A stretch of DNA of 64,000 nt. Origin: Candidatus Marinacidobacterium sp. (GTDB taxonomy: Bacteria > Acidobacteriota > Vicinamibacteria > Marinacidobacterales > Marinacidobacteraceae). The position numbers and the translations under genes are program-made. Shown here in pieces: positions 19,882 to 29,616 of this stretch. Position 1 is the stretch's first letter, and every line of letters begins with the position of its first letter. The notes below the pieces were generated by a model that saw only the letters and a list, made by a program, of their open reading frames with translations, had not been told where the DNA came from and did not search any database. The stretch covers positions 1,664,001-1,728,000 of the forward strand of contig OZ242011.1 in assembly GCA_965204755.1 (NCBI GenBank). Reading direction: 5' to 3'.

Positions 19882-20711
19882 CGGGACGGCCCTCCCTCGG
19901 GACCGCGCAGCGTGGCCAAGTAAGCGACCAGGTCGTCGAGTTCGTCGTCGCCGAAGTCCGCGTAACTCATCATCAGGCTCTCCTCCGGCAGGAGTTCGAA
20001 CCGGCGGATCTCGGTCTTGCGGAACGACCGCAGTCGGCCCGCCTGGTCGAGGATCTGGATGGTGAAGGTGTCTTCGTTCATCCGGACGCCCATGGTTTCG
20101 GCGCCGCCGGCGTCTTCCACGAGGACGGTCCGGTAGCGCGGCGTCACCGAGGCGGCGGGATCGCGGATGGACTCCCGCAGGTGTTCGCTCCCGCGAAGGA
20201 GCCCGATGTCGGAGAGGTCGGGGCCGAAGGCGATGCCTTCGCCGTTCACCACATGGCAGGTGGAACAGAGCGTCGCGTCGTAGAGGTCCCGTCCCCGCGC
20301 CGGGTCGCCGGGCAGGTCTTCGCGGGCCACCGTGCCGAGCGACCGCACATAGGCGGCCACGCCCCGGATCTCCTGCCCGTTCAGCGTCCACGCGCCGGGC
20401 ATGTCGGTCCCGTCGATGCCGTCCTCCACGATGGACAGCAGCGCTTCGTCGGTCGTCGAACGCCGCAGGTTCTCCCGCATCAGGTTGGGCCCTTCGCCGC
20501 CGACCCCGCCGAGGCCGTGGCACCGGGAGCAGTGGATGTCGAAGAGGCGTTGCCCCTGCGTCAGTTCCTCCGGCGCGGCTTCGTCGAGCGGCGGGCCGGT
20601 CTGTCGTTCGGCCGCGGCGGCCCCGGCGGGGGCCGCGGCGAGCGCCGCGCCCAGCAGCCAGGCGCCTCCGGCGCGCCCGCCCCGTTCCGGGAGTCGGATG
20701 AGTCTTTCCAT
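19878..20711 (-). CDS. Dihaem c-type cytochrome
   Basis: Two CxxCH motifs (CSRCH, CSTCH); signal peptide; ATGA overlap with the PQQ gene. Confidence 0.88.
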   Translation of the reverse strand: MERLIRLPERGGRAGGAWLLGAALAAAPAGAAAAERQTGPPLDEAAPEELTQGQRLFDIHCSRCHGLGGVGGEGPNLMRENLRRSTTDEALLSIVEDGIDGTDMPGAWTLNGQEIRGVAAYVRSLGTVAREDLPGDPARGRDLYDATLCSTCHVVNGEGIAFGPDLSDIGLLRGSEHLRESIRDPAASVTPRYRTVLVEDAGGAETMGVRMNEDTFTIQILDQAGRLRSFRKTEIRRFELLPEESLMMSYADFGDDELDDLVAYLATLRGPEGGPSR

Positions 20712-20803
20712 TGGTCGCTCGCTCCTGTTCCGCGGACTGTACCAACCCCCTCCGGCCGACTACCATTCGGCGGCTTCCCCGCCCGCTGTCCCGAACCGGC
20801 GCC

Positions 20804-22003
20804 ATGCCCCGCGGCACCCCCTTCCACTCCCGCACCGCCCCGCTCTGCGGCAGTTACCGCTGGAAGGAGTGGGCCGGCTACTTCGTGGTGGAAGCCTTCG
20901 ACCGCTTCCACGATCCCGAATACCACGCCGTGCGCTCGGGCGCGGCGCTCTTCGATGTGTCGCCGCTCCACAAGTACGACATCCGGGGGCGGGACGCGAC
21001 GGCGTTCACCGACCGGCTCATCACGAGGAATGTGGCGCGGTCGAAACCCGGGCAGGTGCTCTACTCCGGGTGGTGCTCGTCGGACGGGAAACTGCTGCAG
21101 GACGGTTGCTTCCAGCGGTTCGCCGACGACCATGTCCGCGCCACCGCGGTGGACCCCACGCTGCCGTGGTTCGAATCGGTCGCCGAAGGCTTGGACGCGC
21201 GGATCGAAGATGTTTCGGAGGAACTCGCCGCGCTCGCGCTCCAGGGGCCGGCTTCGCACGCCGTCCTGAACGCGCTGGCCGACGACGACCTGTCCGGTCT
21301 CGGTTTCTTCCGGCTGCGCGAAACGCGGCTCGGCGGGCTCGCCGTCGTCGTGACCCGCACCGGCTATACCGGCGATCTCGGCTACGAACTCTGGGTGGAG
21401 CGTGATGCGGCGCCGGCGCTCTGGGACCTGCTGCTCGGAGCCGGGGAACCCATGGGTCTCCGTCCCGCGGGAATGCTCGCGCTCGACCGCGCCCGGGTGG
21501 AGGCCGGTTTCCCGTTGATCGATGTGGACTTTTGGAATGCCGACCACGCGCTCACCGAGGCGCAGAAGTCCACGCCGTTCGAGGTGGGGCTCGGCTGGGC
21601 GGTGAGCGCGAAGAAAGGCCCGTTCATCGGTCAGGCGGCGCTCGCGGCGGAGCGGGTGGGCGGGCCGGAACGATTCTTCGTCGGCATCGAAACCTCCATC
21701 CTCGAGTTGGAGCGCTTGTTCGCGCCGGATGGTCTGGCGCCCGAAGTCGGCGACGAAGTGGATCGGCGCGGCGTCCCGGTGTATTCCGGCGGTGAGCAGG
21801 TCGGACGCGCCACCAGCGTCTGCTGGTCGCCGCTGTTGAAACGCCTGCTCGCGCTCGCCACCGTGGATCGGGGTTACCAAGAACCGGGCACGCCGGTGGA
21901 GATCGAAGTCACCGTGGAGTACGAGCGCCGCCGCGCCCGCTCGAGGGTCGCCGCGCTGCCGTTCTTCGACCCGCCGAGGAAGCGCCGCGCGCCCGCCGCC
22001 TGA
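20804..22003 (+). CDS. GcvT-like aminomethyltransferase (THF-dependent) family protein
   Basis: TPFHSRT, LFDVSPLHK, ALQGP, TRTGYTGDLGYELW. Confidence 0.9.
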   Translation: MPRGTPFHSRTAPLCGSYRWKEWAGYFVVEAFDRFHDPEYHAVRSGAALFDVSPLHKYDIRGRDATAFTDRLITRNVARSKPGQVLYSGWCSSDGKLLQDGCFQRFADDHVRATAVDPTLPWFESVAEGLDARIEDVSEELAALALQGPASHAVLNALADDDLSGLGFFRLRETRLGGLAVVVTRTGYTGDLGYELWVERDAAPALWDLLLGAGEPMGLRPAGMLALDRARVEAGFPLIDVDFWNADHALTEAQKSTPFEVGLGWAVSAKKGPFIGQAALAAERVGGPERFFVGIETSILELERLFAPDGLAPEVGDEVDRRGVPVYSGGEQVGRATSVCWSPLLKRLLALATVDRGYQEPGTPVEIEVTVEYERRRARSRVAALPFFDPPRKRRAPAA

Positions 22004-23127
22004 TGCCCGCGCCGGCGACTTACTCGGATACCCGGCCGGAGGCGCCGGCCGACGCGAAGACGCTGCCGGCGCGCTACTACACCGACCCGGGGATATTCCT
22101 CCGGGAACGGGAGCGCATCCACCGGGCGATGTGGACGGCGGTCTGCCGCAGCGAGGAGTTGCCGGAAGCCGGGAGTTACCGGCTGGTCGAAGTCGCCGGC
22201 GACTCCCTGGTCGCGCTGCGCGACGCCGACGGGAGGGCGCGCGCCCACCACAATGTCTGCCGCCACCGGGGAACGCGGTTGCTCGAAGAGGACGCGGGAC
22301 GCCTTCCCGGCGCGGTTTCCTGTCCCTACCACGCGTGGACCTACGGTCTCGACGGCTCGCTCCGCAGCGCGCCGCACATGGAGCGGGCGCCGGGTTTCGA
22401 TCCGGCGGACTACCCGCTGGTCTCCGCGGACTGCGGCGAGTGGGGCGGTTCGGTGTTCTGCCGCGTCGAGCGGGGCGGCGAATCCCTCGCCGAACAGTTG
22501 GGCCCGGCGGCGGAGCGGCTCGCTCCGTGGGGCCTGGAATCGCTGACGAGTGTCCGTTCCATCGAGTACGACCTGCGGGCGAACTGGAAACTCGTGCTGC
22601 AGAACTTCTCCGAGTGTCTCCATTGCCCGGTGATCCATCCGCAACTGCAGCGCGTCTCGCACTACCTGAGCGGCGAGAACTATCCGGTGACGCCGGGAAC
22701 CGTCGGCTCGGCGATGGATCTCGCCGACGGCGCCGAGACCCTGACCGCGGACGGCCGCCGGGTCGCGCCGCCGCTGCCGGGCGTCGGCCCGGAAGACCGC
22801 CGCCGGGTCCTGTACTTCGTCCTCCTGCCGAACCTGCTCCTGTGCCTCCATCCCGACTACGCGGTGACCGGCCGTCTCGAACCGCTGGCGGTGGATCGCA
22901 CGCGCATCCGTTGCGACTGGCTCTTCGCGCCGGAATCCGCCGCCGCGCCGGGATTCGACCCCGCCCCGGCGGTCGAGTTCTGGGACGCGACGAACCGCCA
23001 GGACTGGCGCGTCTGCGAATCCGCGCAGGCGGGGATCGCTTCTTCCGCCTACCGCCCCGGCCCCTACTCCAACCGCGAAGACCAACTCTGGGAGATCGAC
23101 CGCCTGGTCCTCGACCGCCTCTCCTGA
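22003..23127 (+). CDS. Rieske non-heme oxygenase alpha subunit (choline monooxygenase/GbcA-like)
   Basis: CRHRG...CPYHAW Rieske ligands; NFSECLHCPVIH and QDWRVCE mononuclear Fe ligands. Confidence 0.9.
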   Translation: MPAPATYSDTRPEAPADAKTLPARYYTDPGIFLRERERIHRAMWTAVCRSEELPEAGSYRLVEVAGDSLVALRDADGRARAHHNVCRHRGTRLLEEDAGRLPGAVSCPYHAWTYGLDGSLRSAPHMERAPGFDPADYPLVSADCGEWGGSVFCRVERGGESLAEQLGPAAERLAPWGLESLTSVRSIEYDLRANWKLVLQNFSECLHCPVIHPQLQRVSHYLSGENYPVTPGTVGSAMDLADGAETLTADGRRVAPPLPGVGPEDRRRVLYFVLLPNLLLCLHPDYAVTGRLEPLAVDRTRIRCDWLFAPESAAAPGFDPAPAVEFWDATNRQDWRVCESAQAGIASSAYRPGPYSNREDQLWEIDRLVLDRLS

Positions 23128-23143
23128 ACCGCCGCGCGGCGAT

Positions 23144-24325
23144 TCAGTTCGGCGGTTCGTCTTCCGGGGCGCGCCCCTCCAGGATGTCGAGGAGGCGGTC
23201 GTAGGCGAAGACGCGCTCGCGCTTCCCGCCGGCGGTTTCGGCCAGCAACCCGATCCCCTGGAGCCGCGCCACGGCGCCGGTCGCGCGCCCCCGGGAGCCA
23301 TCCAGCACGGTTTGGGCGTCGCCGATCGACAGGAATGGCCGGAGGCGGGCGAACTCGAACACCGCGAGCGCGGACGGCGCGGCCCGGGCCATTTCCCGGA
23401 TCCGCGCCCGGTCCGCGTCGAACAGCGCGAGCAGCCGCCGCCCGGTCTCGACCGCGTGGCGGGCGGTTTCGACGACGCCCTGCAGGAAGAACCGCATCCA
23501 GCCCTCCCAGTCGCCGGAGACGCGCACTGCGTTCAGCCGGTCGTAGTACTCCCACTGGTGTGCGAGGAAGTACCGGCTGAGGTAGAGCAGCGGCGAGCGC
23601 AGGACTTCCGCCTCGCTGAGGAGCAGCGCGATGAGCGCCCGTCCGGCGCGCCCGTTCCCGTCGAGGTACGGATGGATCGTCTCGAACTGGACATGCGCGA
23701 GTCCCGACTTCACCAGCGGCGGCAGGTTCGATTCCGCGTGGAAGAACTCCTGCAGGTCGCCCATGAGATCGGGCACCCGGTCGGGCGGAGGCGGGACGAA
23801 CCGCGCGAGACTCGGACGAGGCCCGCCGATCCAGACATGACTCCGGCGCAACTCTCCGGGCGTCTTCCTCGTCTGTCCGCGGAGCAGGACCCCGTGGAGT
23901 TCGCAGAGGAGGTTGGTCGAAGTCGGAAACCCCGCCCGAAGCCGATCGAGGCCGTAGTCCAGCGCCTCCGCGGCCGCCTGCGTCTCCCGCGTGTCCGCCG
24001 GATGCCGCCCGCCCGGCCCGAAGCCCGCCCGGAACCGGAGGACATCGGAAACGGACGACTCGATCCCCTCGATCCACGACGAGCAGACCGCCTCCTTCAC
24101 GGCGAACAGCGGCGCGAGCGACTCCCCCGCCCGCCTCTCCAACTCGGCGAGCCTCCCGAGTTCCCGGTGCGCCTTCCCGATGAGCGCCAGCATCCCCTCC
24201 ACCCGCAGCGGCGGCGCCGGCGGCAGCGCATCCGGCACGAACGCCTCCACCCGCTCCCCGGCCACGGTCGTGGCGATGGTGGTCCCCACGCTGCGGCGCG
24301 GGACAGTCGGGATCGTGGGGAGCAT
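23144..24325 (-). CDS. Fic-family protein
   Basis: HPYLDGNGRAGR Fic motif; SSWIEG inhibitory-type motif; probable C-terminal HTH. Confidence 0.92.
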   Translation of the reverse strand: MLPTIPTVPRRSVGTTIATTVAGERVEAFVPDALPPAPPLRVEGMLALIGKAHRELGRLAELERRAGESLAPLFAVKEAVCSSWIEGIESSVSDVLRFRAGFGPGGRHPADTRETQAAAEALDYGLDRLRAGFPTSTNLLCELHGVLLRGQTRKTPGELRRSHVWIGGPRPSLARFVPPPPDRVPDLMGDLQEFFHAESNLPPLVKSGLAHVQFETIHPYLDGNGRAGRALIALLLSEAEVLRSPLLYLSRYFLAHQWEYYDRLNAVRVSGDWEGWMRFFLQGVVETARHAVETGRRLLALFDADRARIREMARAAPSALAVFEFARLRPFLSIGDAQTVLDGSRGRATGAVARLQGIGLLAETAGGKRERVFAYDRLLDILEGRAPEDEPPN

Positions 24326-24448
24326 CGGAGACTCTCTTCTGGACTACGCGGTCACTCTACCGTCCCGGATGCGACCGCGCTATCTCCGGCTGAGTAGAAT
24401 TCCGCGCCCGCCGGGACGAAACCGCGCGGCGCCGGCGGAGGCTCCACC

Positions 24449-26254
24449 ATGAAGTCCGACAATCCCACATTGAAGCAACTCTTCGAAGGAGAAAAGGAGT
24501 ACCGCGTTCCGCTGTACCAGAGGCTCTATGTGTGGAACGAGGCGGACCAGTGGGCGCCGTTGTGGGAGGACATCACCGGGATCGCAGCCAGACTGGCCGA
24601 AACGGAGACGGTCACTCCTCATTTCTTCGGCGCCATCGTGCTGAAGATCGGCGGCATCACGCCGGAGGAGTCGAGTGTCTGGCGCGTGATCGACGGGCAA
24701 CAGCGTCTGACCACCATGCAACTCGTCATCGCCGCCGTCGCCGACGAATTTGCCAGCCAGCAGGAAGACCCGAAGTCCGTCGCGCGTTTGAGAGAACTCA
24801 CCGAGAACCCCCGGCATGCGTGGCCCGGGCGCCGCTACAAGATGCGGCACAGCGGCAACAACTACGCGTTATTCGCCGATGTGATGGGCGCCGGCGGTGA
24901 CGAGGAGGTCATCCACCAACTGGACAACACGATGGCCGGCGGTCAACCGAACAGCGCGATGGCCGAGTGCTATCTGTACTTTCGGAATGCTGCGCGCCGT
25001 TGGCTGCAGTCTGCGACAGACGACAACGCCGCAGAGCGTCTCACCGACACGCTGCGCACGAAGTTACAGACCGTGGCCATCTATCTCGAACCGGACGAGC
25101 CGGAGCACCTGATCTTCGAGACGCTGAATGCGCGCGGCGCTGCCTTGACCGAATGGGACAAGATCAGGAACTACTTGTTCTATCGGATCCAAGAGGACCA
25201 AGATGGTCTGTTCCGCAAACTGTCGGATTTCGACGAGGACTGGTGGCGCGAGGAATCCGGGAAGGGTCAGGACAGGCGACCTCGGACGGATCGCTTCGTG
25301 GACTACTGGTTGGAGTCGAAGATCGAGGTATCGGTCGGGGCGTCTCGCGTCTTCCGGGAGTTCAGGGTACGGGCGGAGAGTCTCGATCAAGAGGGCTTGG
25401 GCTCGTGGATCGAGTCCTTGGCGGATGACGCGAAGCACTATCTGGAATTCGAGAGCGGGATCGAACACCCGAACCAGGACAGTGTGGAGCGACTTTTCCA
25501 CGAGCGACGGCGCTGGATGGAAATCGGCTCGGTCTGGCCCTTCCTGCTCCGTCTCCGCAGGGCCGATCTCGACCGAAACCGGTACCACTCGGTGCTGTCG
25601 ACCTTGGAGAGTTGGTGGGTCAGACGCTGGATTCGAGGGCACCGAGGTCACTCCTACCCGGATCGCGCCCTCGACCTGCTGCGGCGAGTGTCGAGAACAA
25701 AAGGGGGCCCCGATGTCCCGGGTGTCGTCTTGGATCGGCTCGCCGAGTTGGCCGATGCCGGCGGTCGGTGGCCGGGGGATGTCGAAGTGAAGACGGCGGT
25801 GGTGGAGAATTTTCATTCCCTTCGCCTACGCCGCTTGATTCTGGAGGCTGTCGAACGACACCTCACGCCGCCGAGAGCCGAAAAGGATCCGCCGAAGCAC
25901 GGTGTCCTGCAGATCGAGCACATCATGCCCGTGGCGTGGAAGCCGGATGCTTGGCCTATCGGTAAGGACACGCCGGAGGCCAAGGAGGAAAGAGAAGGGT
26001 GGATCGAGACGCTCGGCAACCTCACCTTGGTCCACGAGAAACTGAATCCGGGCATGGGCAACAACGCCTGGAAGAAGAAGCAGAAGGCGATCTTCGAGAA
26101 CAGCAACTTGTTCTTGAACAAAGACCTCCTCCGGCGAGCGCCCGACACCTGGGACGAGGGCGCCATCCGCAAGCGCGGCGAGTGGCTGGCGGAGCAGGTC
26201 TGTGAGATCTGGCCTCACGCCGAAGTGCTGAGGCAGCGGCTCGGAGAGCCGTAG
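24449..26254 (+). CDS. GmrSD-family type IV restriction endonuclease (DUF262 plus DUF1524)
   Basis: VPLYQRLYVW, IDGQQRLTT, IFETLNARG; C-terminal IEHIMP...LGNLTL...N. Confidence 0.9.
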   Translation: MKSDNPTLKQLFEGEKEYRVPLYQRLYVWNEADQWAPLWEDITGIAARLAETETVTPHFFGAIVLKIGGITPEESSVWRVIDGQQRLTTMQLVIAAVADEFASQQEDPKSVARLRELTENPRHAWPGRRYKMRHSGNNYALFADVMGAGGDEEVIHQLDNTMAGGQPNSAMAECYLYFRNAARRWLQSATDDNAAERLTDTLRTKLQTVAIYLEPDEPEHLIFETLNARGAALTEWDKIRNYLFYRIQEDQDGLFRKLSDFDEDWWREESGKGQDRRPRTDRFVDYWLESKIEVSVGASRVFREFRVRAESLDQEGLGSWIESLADDAKHYLEFESGIEHPNQDSVERLFHERRRWMEIGSVWPFLLRLRRADLDRNRYHSVLSTLESWWVRRWIRGHRGHSYPDRALDLLRRVSRTKGGPDVPGVVLDRLAELADAGGRWPGDVEVKTAVVENFHSLRLRRLILEAVERHLTPPRAEKDPPKHGVLQIEHIMPVAWKPDAWPIGKDTPEAKEEREGWIETLGNLTLVHEKLNPGMGNNAWKKKQKAIFENSNLFLNKDLLRRAPDTWDEGAIRKRGEWLAEQVCEIWPHAEVLRQRLGEP

Positions 26255-26297
26255 GCGCCGCAGACGGGGCGTGCATGCCCCGTCCACCGAGCGCGGA

Positions 26298-26330
26298 GGC
26301 GGGCGCGCCGGGCCGAGCGGCGCGCCCGCC
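26298..26330. terminator. GC-rich hairpin between convergent genes
   Basis: GGCGGGCGCGCCG / CGGCGCGCCCGCC, 13-bp perfect stem with 7-nt loop; no U-tract. Confidence 0.4.
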
Positions 26331-26344
26331 CGCGGGCGGGCGGC

Positions 26345-29300
26345 CTACTCGCCCGCTTTCTTCGCCTCCACGCGCACCAAGCCCGGGACGCCCTCCGCCT
26401 CCAAGGTGCGGTTGAGTTCCGGCAACTGGGATTCCAGGACGCCGGCGAGTTCCGACTGGGCGGCGGTGAGGCGCTCCTTCAGGACCCCGTGGACTTCGCG
26501 CATCTGGTCGGTCGGGCGGAAGTCGGCGGTGGCGACGGCGCCGGCGAGGTAGGAGATGCGGCCGGCGAGTTGGGCGGGCCAGCGGACGGTGTCCTGGCCG
26601 GTGCCCGTGGTGTAACGCTGGATCAGGCGGTTCTCCACGGCGATCAGCGAGCCGTCGAAGCCGTCCACCGCGGAAGCCACCGCCTCGGCCTGCCCGGTTT
26701 CCTCGGCGAGCGCCTGCAGGTCGAGCAACTGGCGGCGCAGCCATTCGATCTCGTTCACCATCACCGCCACCGCTTCGAGGTCGCCGCGGAGTTCCCGCAG
26801 CATCGCGTCCTGCTCGGCGATGTCCGCGGCGCCGCCTTCGCTGCGGGGATCCTTCAGCACCGTCAGCGACTGCGTCTGCTCGTCGCCGTCGCCGACCTTC
26901 AGCGCGATCTCGTATTCGCCCGGCGGGGCGAGGATGGCGATCCGGCCTTCCGGCGCGGAACGCGAACGATCCTCGTCCAGCACTACCCAGTCGGCGTGCG
27001 CCGGCTTCGTGCGGAGGCGCATCTCCGTCGTCTGTTCCTCGCGGAGGTTCCACCAGACCCGGTTCAGCCCGGCGTCGCCGCCGGCCTCCAGTTCGCGGAT
27101 CGTCTCGCCGGCGGCGTTCCGCACCACGAGCGAGACCTCTTCCGCCTCCGAACCCAGCCAGTAACTCAGCGAAGCCCCGTACGGCGGGTTCTCCCCCGCC
27201 GACCAGTCGTCGAACTGCGCGAACGGCGCGGTGATCGGGTGGAACCGGTACGCCCGGCGCGGCTCGAACAGGTGCGCCTCCTTCTCCGCGATCTCGTCGC
27301 TCCACTGCTGCAGCGGGCCGATGTCGTCCATGATCCAGAAGCCGCGCCCGTAGGTGCCGACCACCAGGTCGCCGAAGTGCTCCTGCACCGCGATCCAGTA
27401 CATCGGGCTCGGCGGCAGACCGTTGGCCAGGCGCTGCCAGTTGTCGCCGTCGTCGAAACTCACATAGAGGAAGTTCTCCGTGCCGAGGTAGAGCAAACCG
27501 GGCCGGGCCGGATCCTCCCGCACATTCCGCGTGTAACTCAGCGGGCTGTCGGTGACGCCGTTCACGATCTTCGTCCAACTCCCGCCGAAGTCCTCGGTCC
27601 GGTACACATACGGCGCGAAGTCGCCCACCTGGTGCGCTTCGACGGTCATGTACGCCTTCCCGGCGCTCCACTTCGAGGCGTCCACATTGCGCACCACGCC
27701 GTCCGTCGGCATGTCCGGCACATTCTCCGTGACATTCGTCCAGGTTTCCCCGCCGTCCCGGGTGACCTGGATCCGTCCGTCGTTCGTCCCGGCCCAGATG
27801 ACGCCGCGCTCCACCGGGCTCTCGTCGATCGCATAGACCACGCAGCAGTACTCGACCCCGATGTTGTCCGGGGTCAGGCCGCCGGAGATCGTCTGCCGAC
27901 TGAGGTCGTTCGTGGTCAGGTCGGGGCTGATCTCCTCCCAACTCTGGCCGCCGTTCGTCGTCCGGTGGACATGCTGGCTGCCCACATAGAGCGTGTTCCG
28001 GTCGTGCGGCGAGATGAGCAGCGGGAACACCCACTGGAAGCGGTAGCGAAGACCCTCCGCCGGCCAGCCCAGCGTGCTCTCCGGCCAGACCTCGACCTGC
28101 CGGAACTGCCGGGTGCGCTCGTCGTAACGCACGACGATTCCTCCGGCGGCGCCCGCGCCGGAGGCGCTCGACCACACGATGTTCGGGTCCTCCGGGTCGG
28201 GCGTGGCGAAACCGCTCTCGCCGCCGCCCACGCCGTGCCACATGCCGCGGGGAATGCCGGAACCGAAGAAGCCGCCGGTAAACGCCCGGCTCGGCCCGCG
28301 CGTCGAAGGCCCGTCCTGACGATTCCCGAGCACATTGTAGGGAATGTCGTTATCTACGGTCACATGGTACATCTGCGCGATCGGCAACTGCACCTTGAAC
28401 CAACTCTTCCCCCGGTTCTCGGAAATGGAAACGCCGCCGTCGTGCGCGACCGCCATCCGGTTCGCGTCGGTATGGTCGATCCACATGTCGTGGTGGTCCC
28501 AGCCCGGCGCCTCCGCGCGACCGTGCACCCGGTGCGTCTTCCCGGCGTCCAGCGTGGAGGCGAACGAAGCGGTCAGGAAGTACGCCTCGTCCCGGTCGTC
28601 CGGCGCGGCGGCGCAGCGCGAGTAGTAGGCGCTTCGTCCGGCGAGGTTGCGGTTGTGCGTCTGGATCGTCCAGGTCTTGCCGCCGTCGCTCGTGGCCCAG
28701 AGTTCGCCGCTCTCCGCTTCGCCGCCGTCCCAGGGCACGCCGTCGCTGGTTTCGATGAGCGCGTACACCCGGCGGGAGTCGGACTTGCTCATGCAGAGCG
28801 CGATCTTGCCCACATCGTGTTCGGGCAGCCCGTTGCCTTCGAGGCGGGTCCAGTCGTCGCCGCCGTTCACGGTCATGTACAGCCCGCTCCCCGGGCCGCC
28901 GCTCACCCGGCCCCAGGTGCGGATGGCGAGTTGCCACATGCCGGCGAACAGGATGCGCGGGTTGTTCGGGTCCATCACCAGGTCGGAGGCGCCGGTCTCC
29001 TCGTCCACCGCGAGCGCCAGTTCCCAGGTCTCCCCGCCGTCGGCGGTGCGGTACACGCCGCGTTCGGGCTGCGGCGCGTAGGCGTGGCCGAGCGACGCCG
29101 CGTACACGATGTCCGGGTTCGTCGGATGGATGACGATGCGGCCGATGCGGGCGCTCGCTTCGAGCCCCATCGCCCGCCAGGTTTCGCCGGCGTCGGTGGA
29201 CTTGAAGACGCCGGTGCCGATGGAGACATTGGCGCGGATGAAGGTCTCGCCGGTGCCGGCCCAGACGATGTTGGGATCGGACTCGGACACCGCCAGCGCC

Positions 29301-29572
29301 CCGATCGCGTGGACTTCCTGGTCGTCGAACACCGGACGCCACTTCAGCCCGGCGTCCTCGGTCTTCCAGATGCCGCCGGTGGCGGCGCCGGCGTAGTAGG
29401 TCTCCCGGTCGCCGGGGACGCCGGCGACGGCGAGCGTCCGGTTGCCGACCGGGCCGATGTGGCGGAACTTCAGGCCGCCCAACTGCTCGGGGGCGGGTTG
29501 GCCGGAGGCGGCCGCGGCGGCGAGGAGCGCGGCGGCGAAGGCGGCGGCGAGAACGCGGAGTCGAACGAACAT
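26345..29572 (-). CDS. Secreted VPS10/BNR-repeat glycosyl-hydrolase-like protein
   Basis: Signal peptide MFVRLRVLAAAF; FRHIGP; many (S/T)xDxGxTW Asp-box repeats; VGTYGRGFWI. Confidence 0.88.
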   Translation of the reverse strand: MFVRLRVLAAAFAAALLAAAAASGQPAPEQLGGLKFRHIGPVGNRTLAVAGVPGDRETYYAGAATGGIWKTEDAGLKWRPVFDDQEVHAIGALAVSESDPNIVWAGTGETFIRANVSIGTGVFKSTDAGETWRAMGLEASARIGRIVIHPTNPDIVYAASLGHAYAPQPERGVYRTADGGETWELALAVDEETGASDLVMDPNNPRILFAGMWQLAIRTWGRVSGGPGSGLYMTVNGGDDWTRLEGNGLPEHDVGKIALCMSKSDSRRVYALIETSDGVPWDGGEAESGELWATSDGGKTWTIQTHNRNLAGRSAYYSRCAAAPDDRDEAYFLTASFASTLDAGKTHRVHGRAEAPGWDHHDMWIDHTDANRMAVAHDGGVSISENRGKSWFKVQLPIAQMYHVTVDNDIPYNVLGNRQDGPSTRGPSRAFTGGFFGSGIPRGMWHGVGGGESGFATPDPEDPNIVWSSASGAGAAGGIVVRYDERTRQFRQVEVWPESTLGWPAEGLRYRFQWVFPLLISPHDRNTLYVGSQHVHRTTNGGQSWEEISPDLTTNDLSRQTISGGLTPDNIGVEYCCVVYAIDESPVERGVIWAGTNDGRIQVTRDGGETWTNVTENVPDMPTDGVVRNVDASKWSAGKAYMTVEAHQVGDFAPYVYRTEDFGGSWTKIVNGVTDSPLSYTRNVREDPARPGLLYLGTENFLYVSFDDGDNWQRLANGLPPSPMYWIAVQEHFGDLVVGTYGRGFWIMDDIGPLQQWSDEIAEKEAHLFEPRRAYRFHPITAPFAQFDDWSAGENPPYGASLSYWLGSEAEEVSLVVRNAAGETIRELEAGGDAGLNRVWWNLREEQTTEMRLRTKPAHADWVVLDEDRSRSAPEGRIAILAPPGEYEIALKVGDGDEQTQSLTVLKDPRSEGGAADIAEQDAMLRELRGDLEAVAVMVNEIEWLRRQLLDLQALAEETGQAEAVASAVDGFDGSLIAVENRLIQRYTTGTGQDTVRWPAQLAGRISYLAGAVATADFRPTDQMREVHGVLKERLTAAQSELAGVLESQLPELNRTLEAEGVPGLVRVEAKKAGE

Positions 29573-29616
29573 GGGGACCTCCCGGAGACGGGGTGGAAGC
29601 GGGTCGGGGGAACCGA

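Noticed and set aside
20804-22003. True gcvT of the glycine cleavage system
   Set aside because: No gcvH or gcvP adjacent; coupled to a Rieske oxygenase instead
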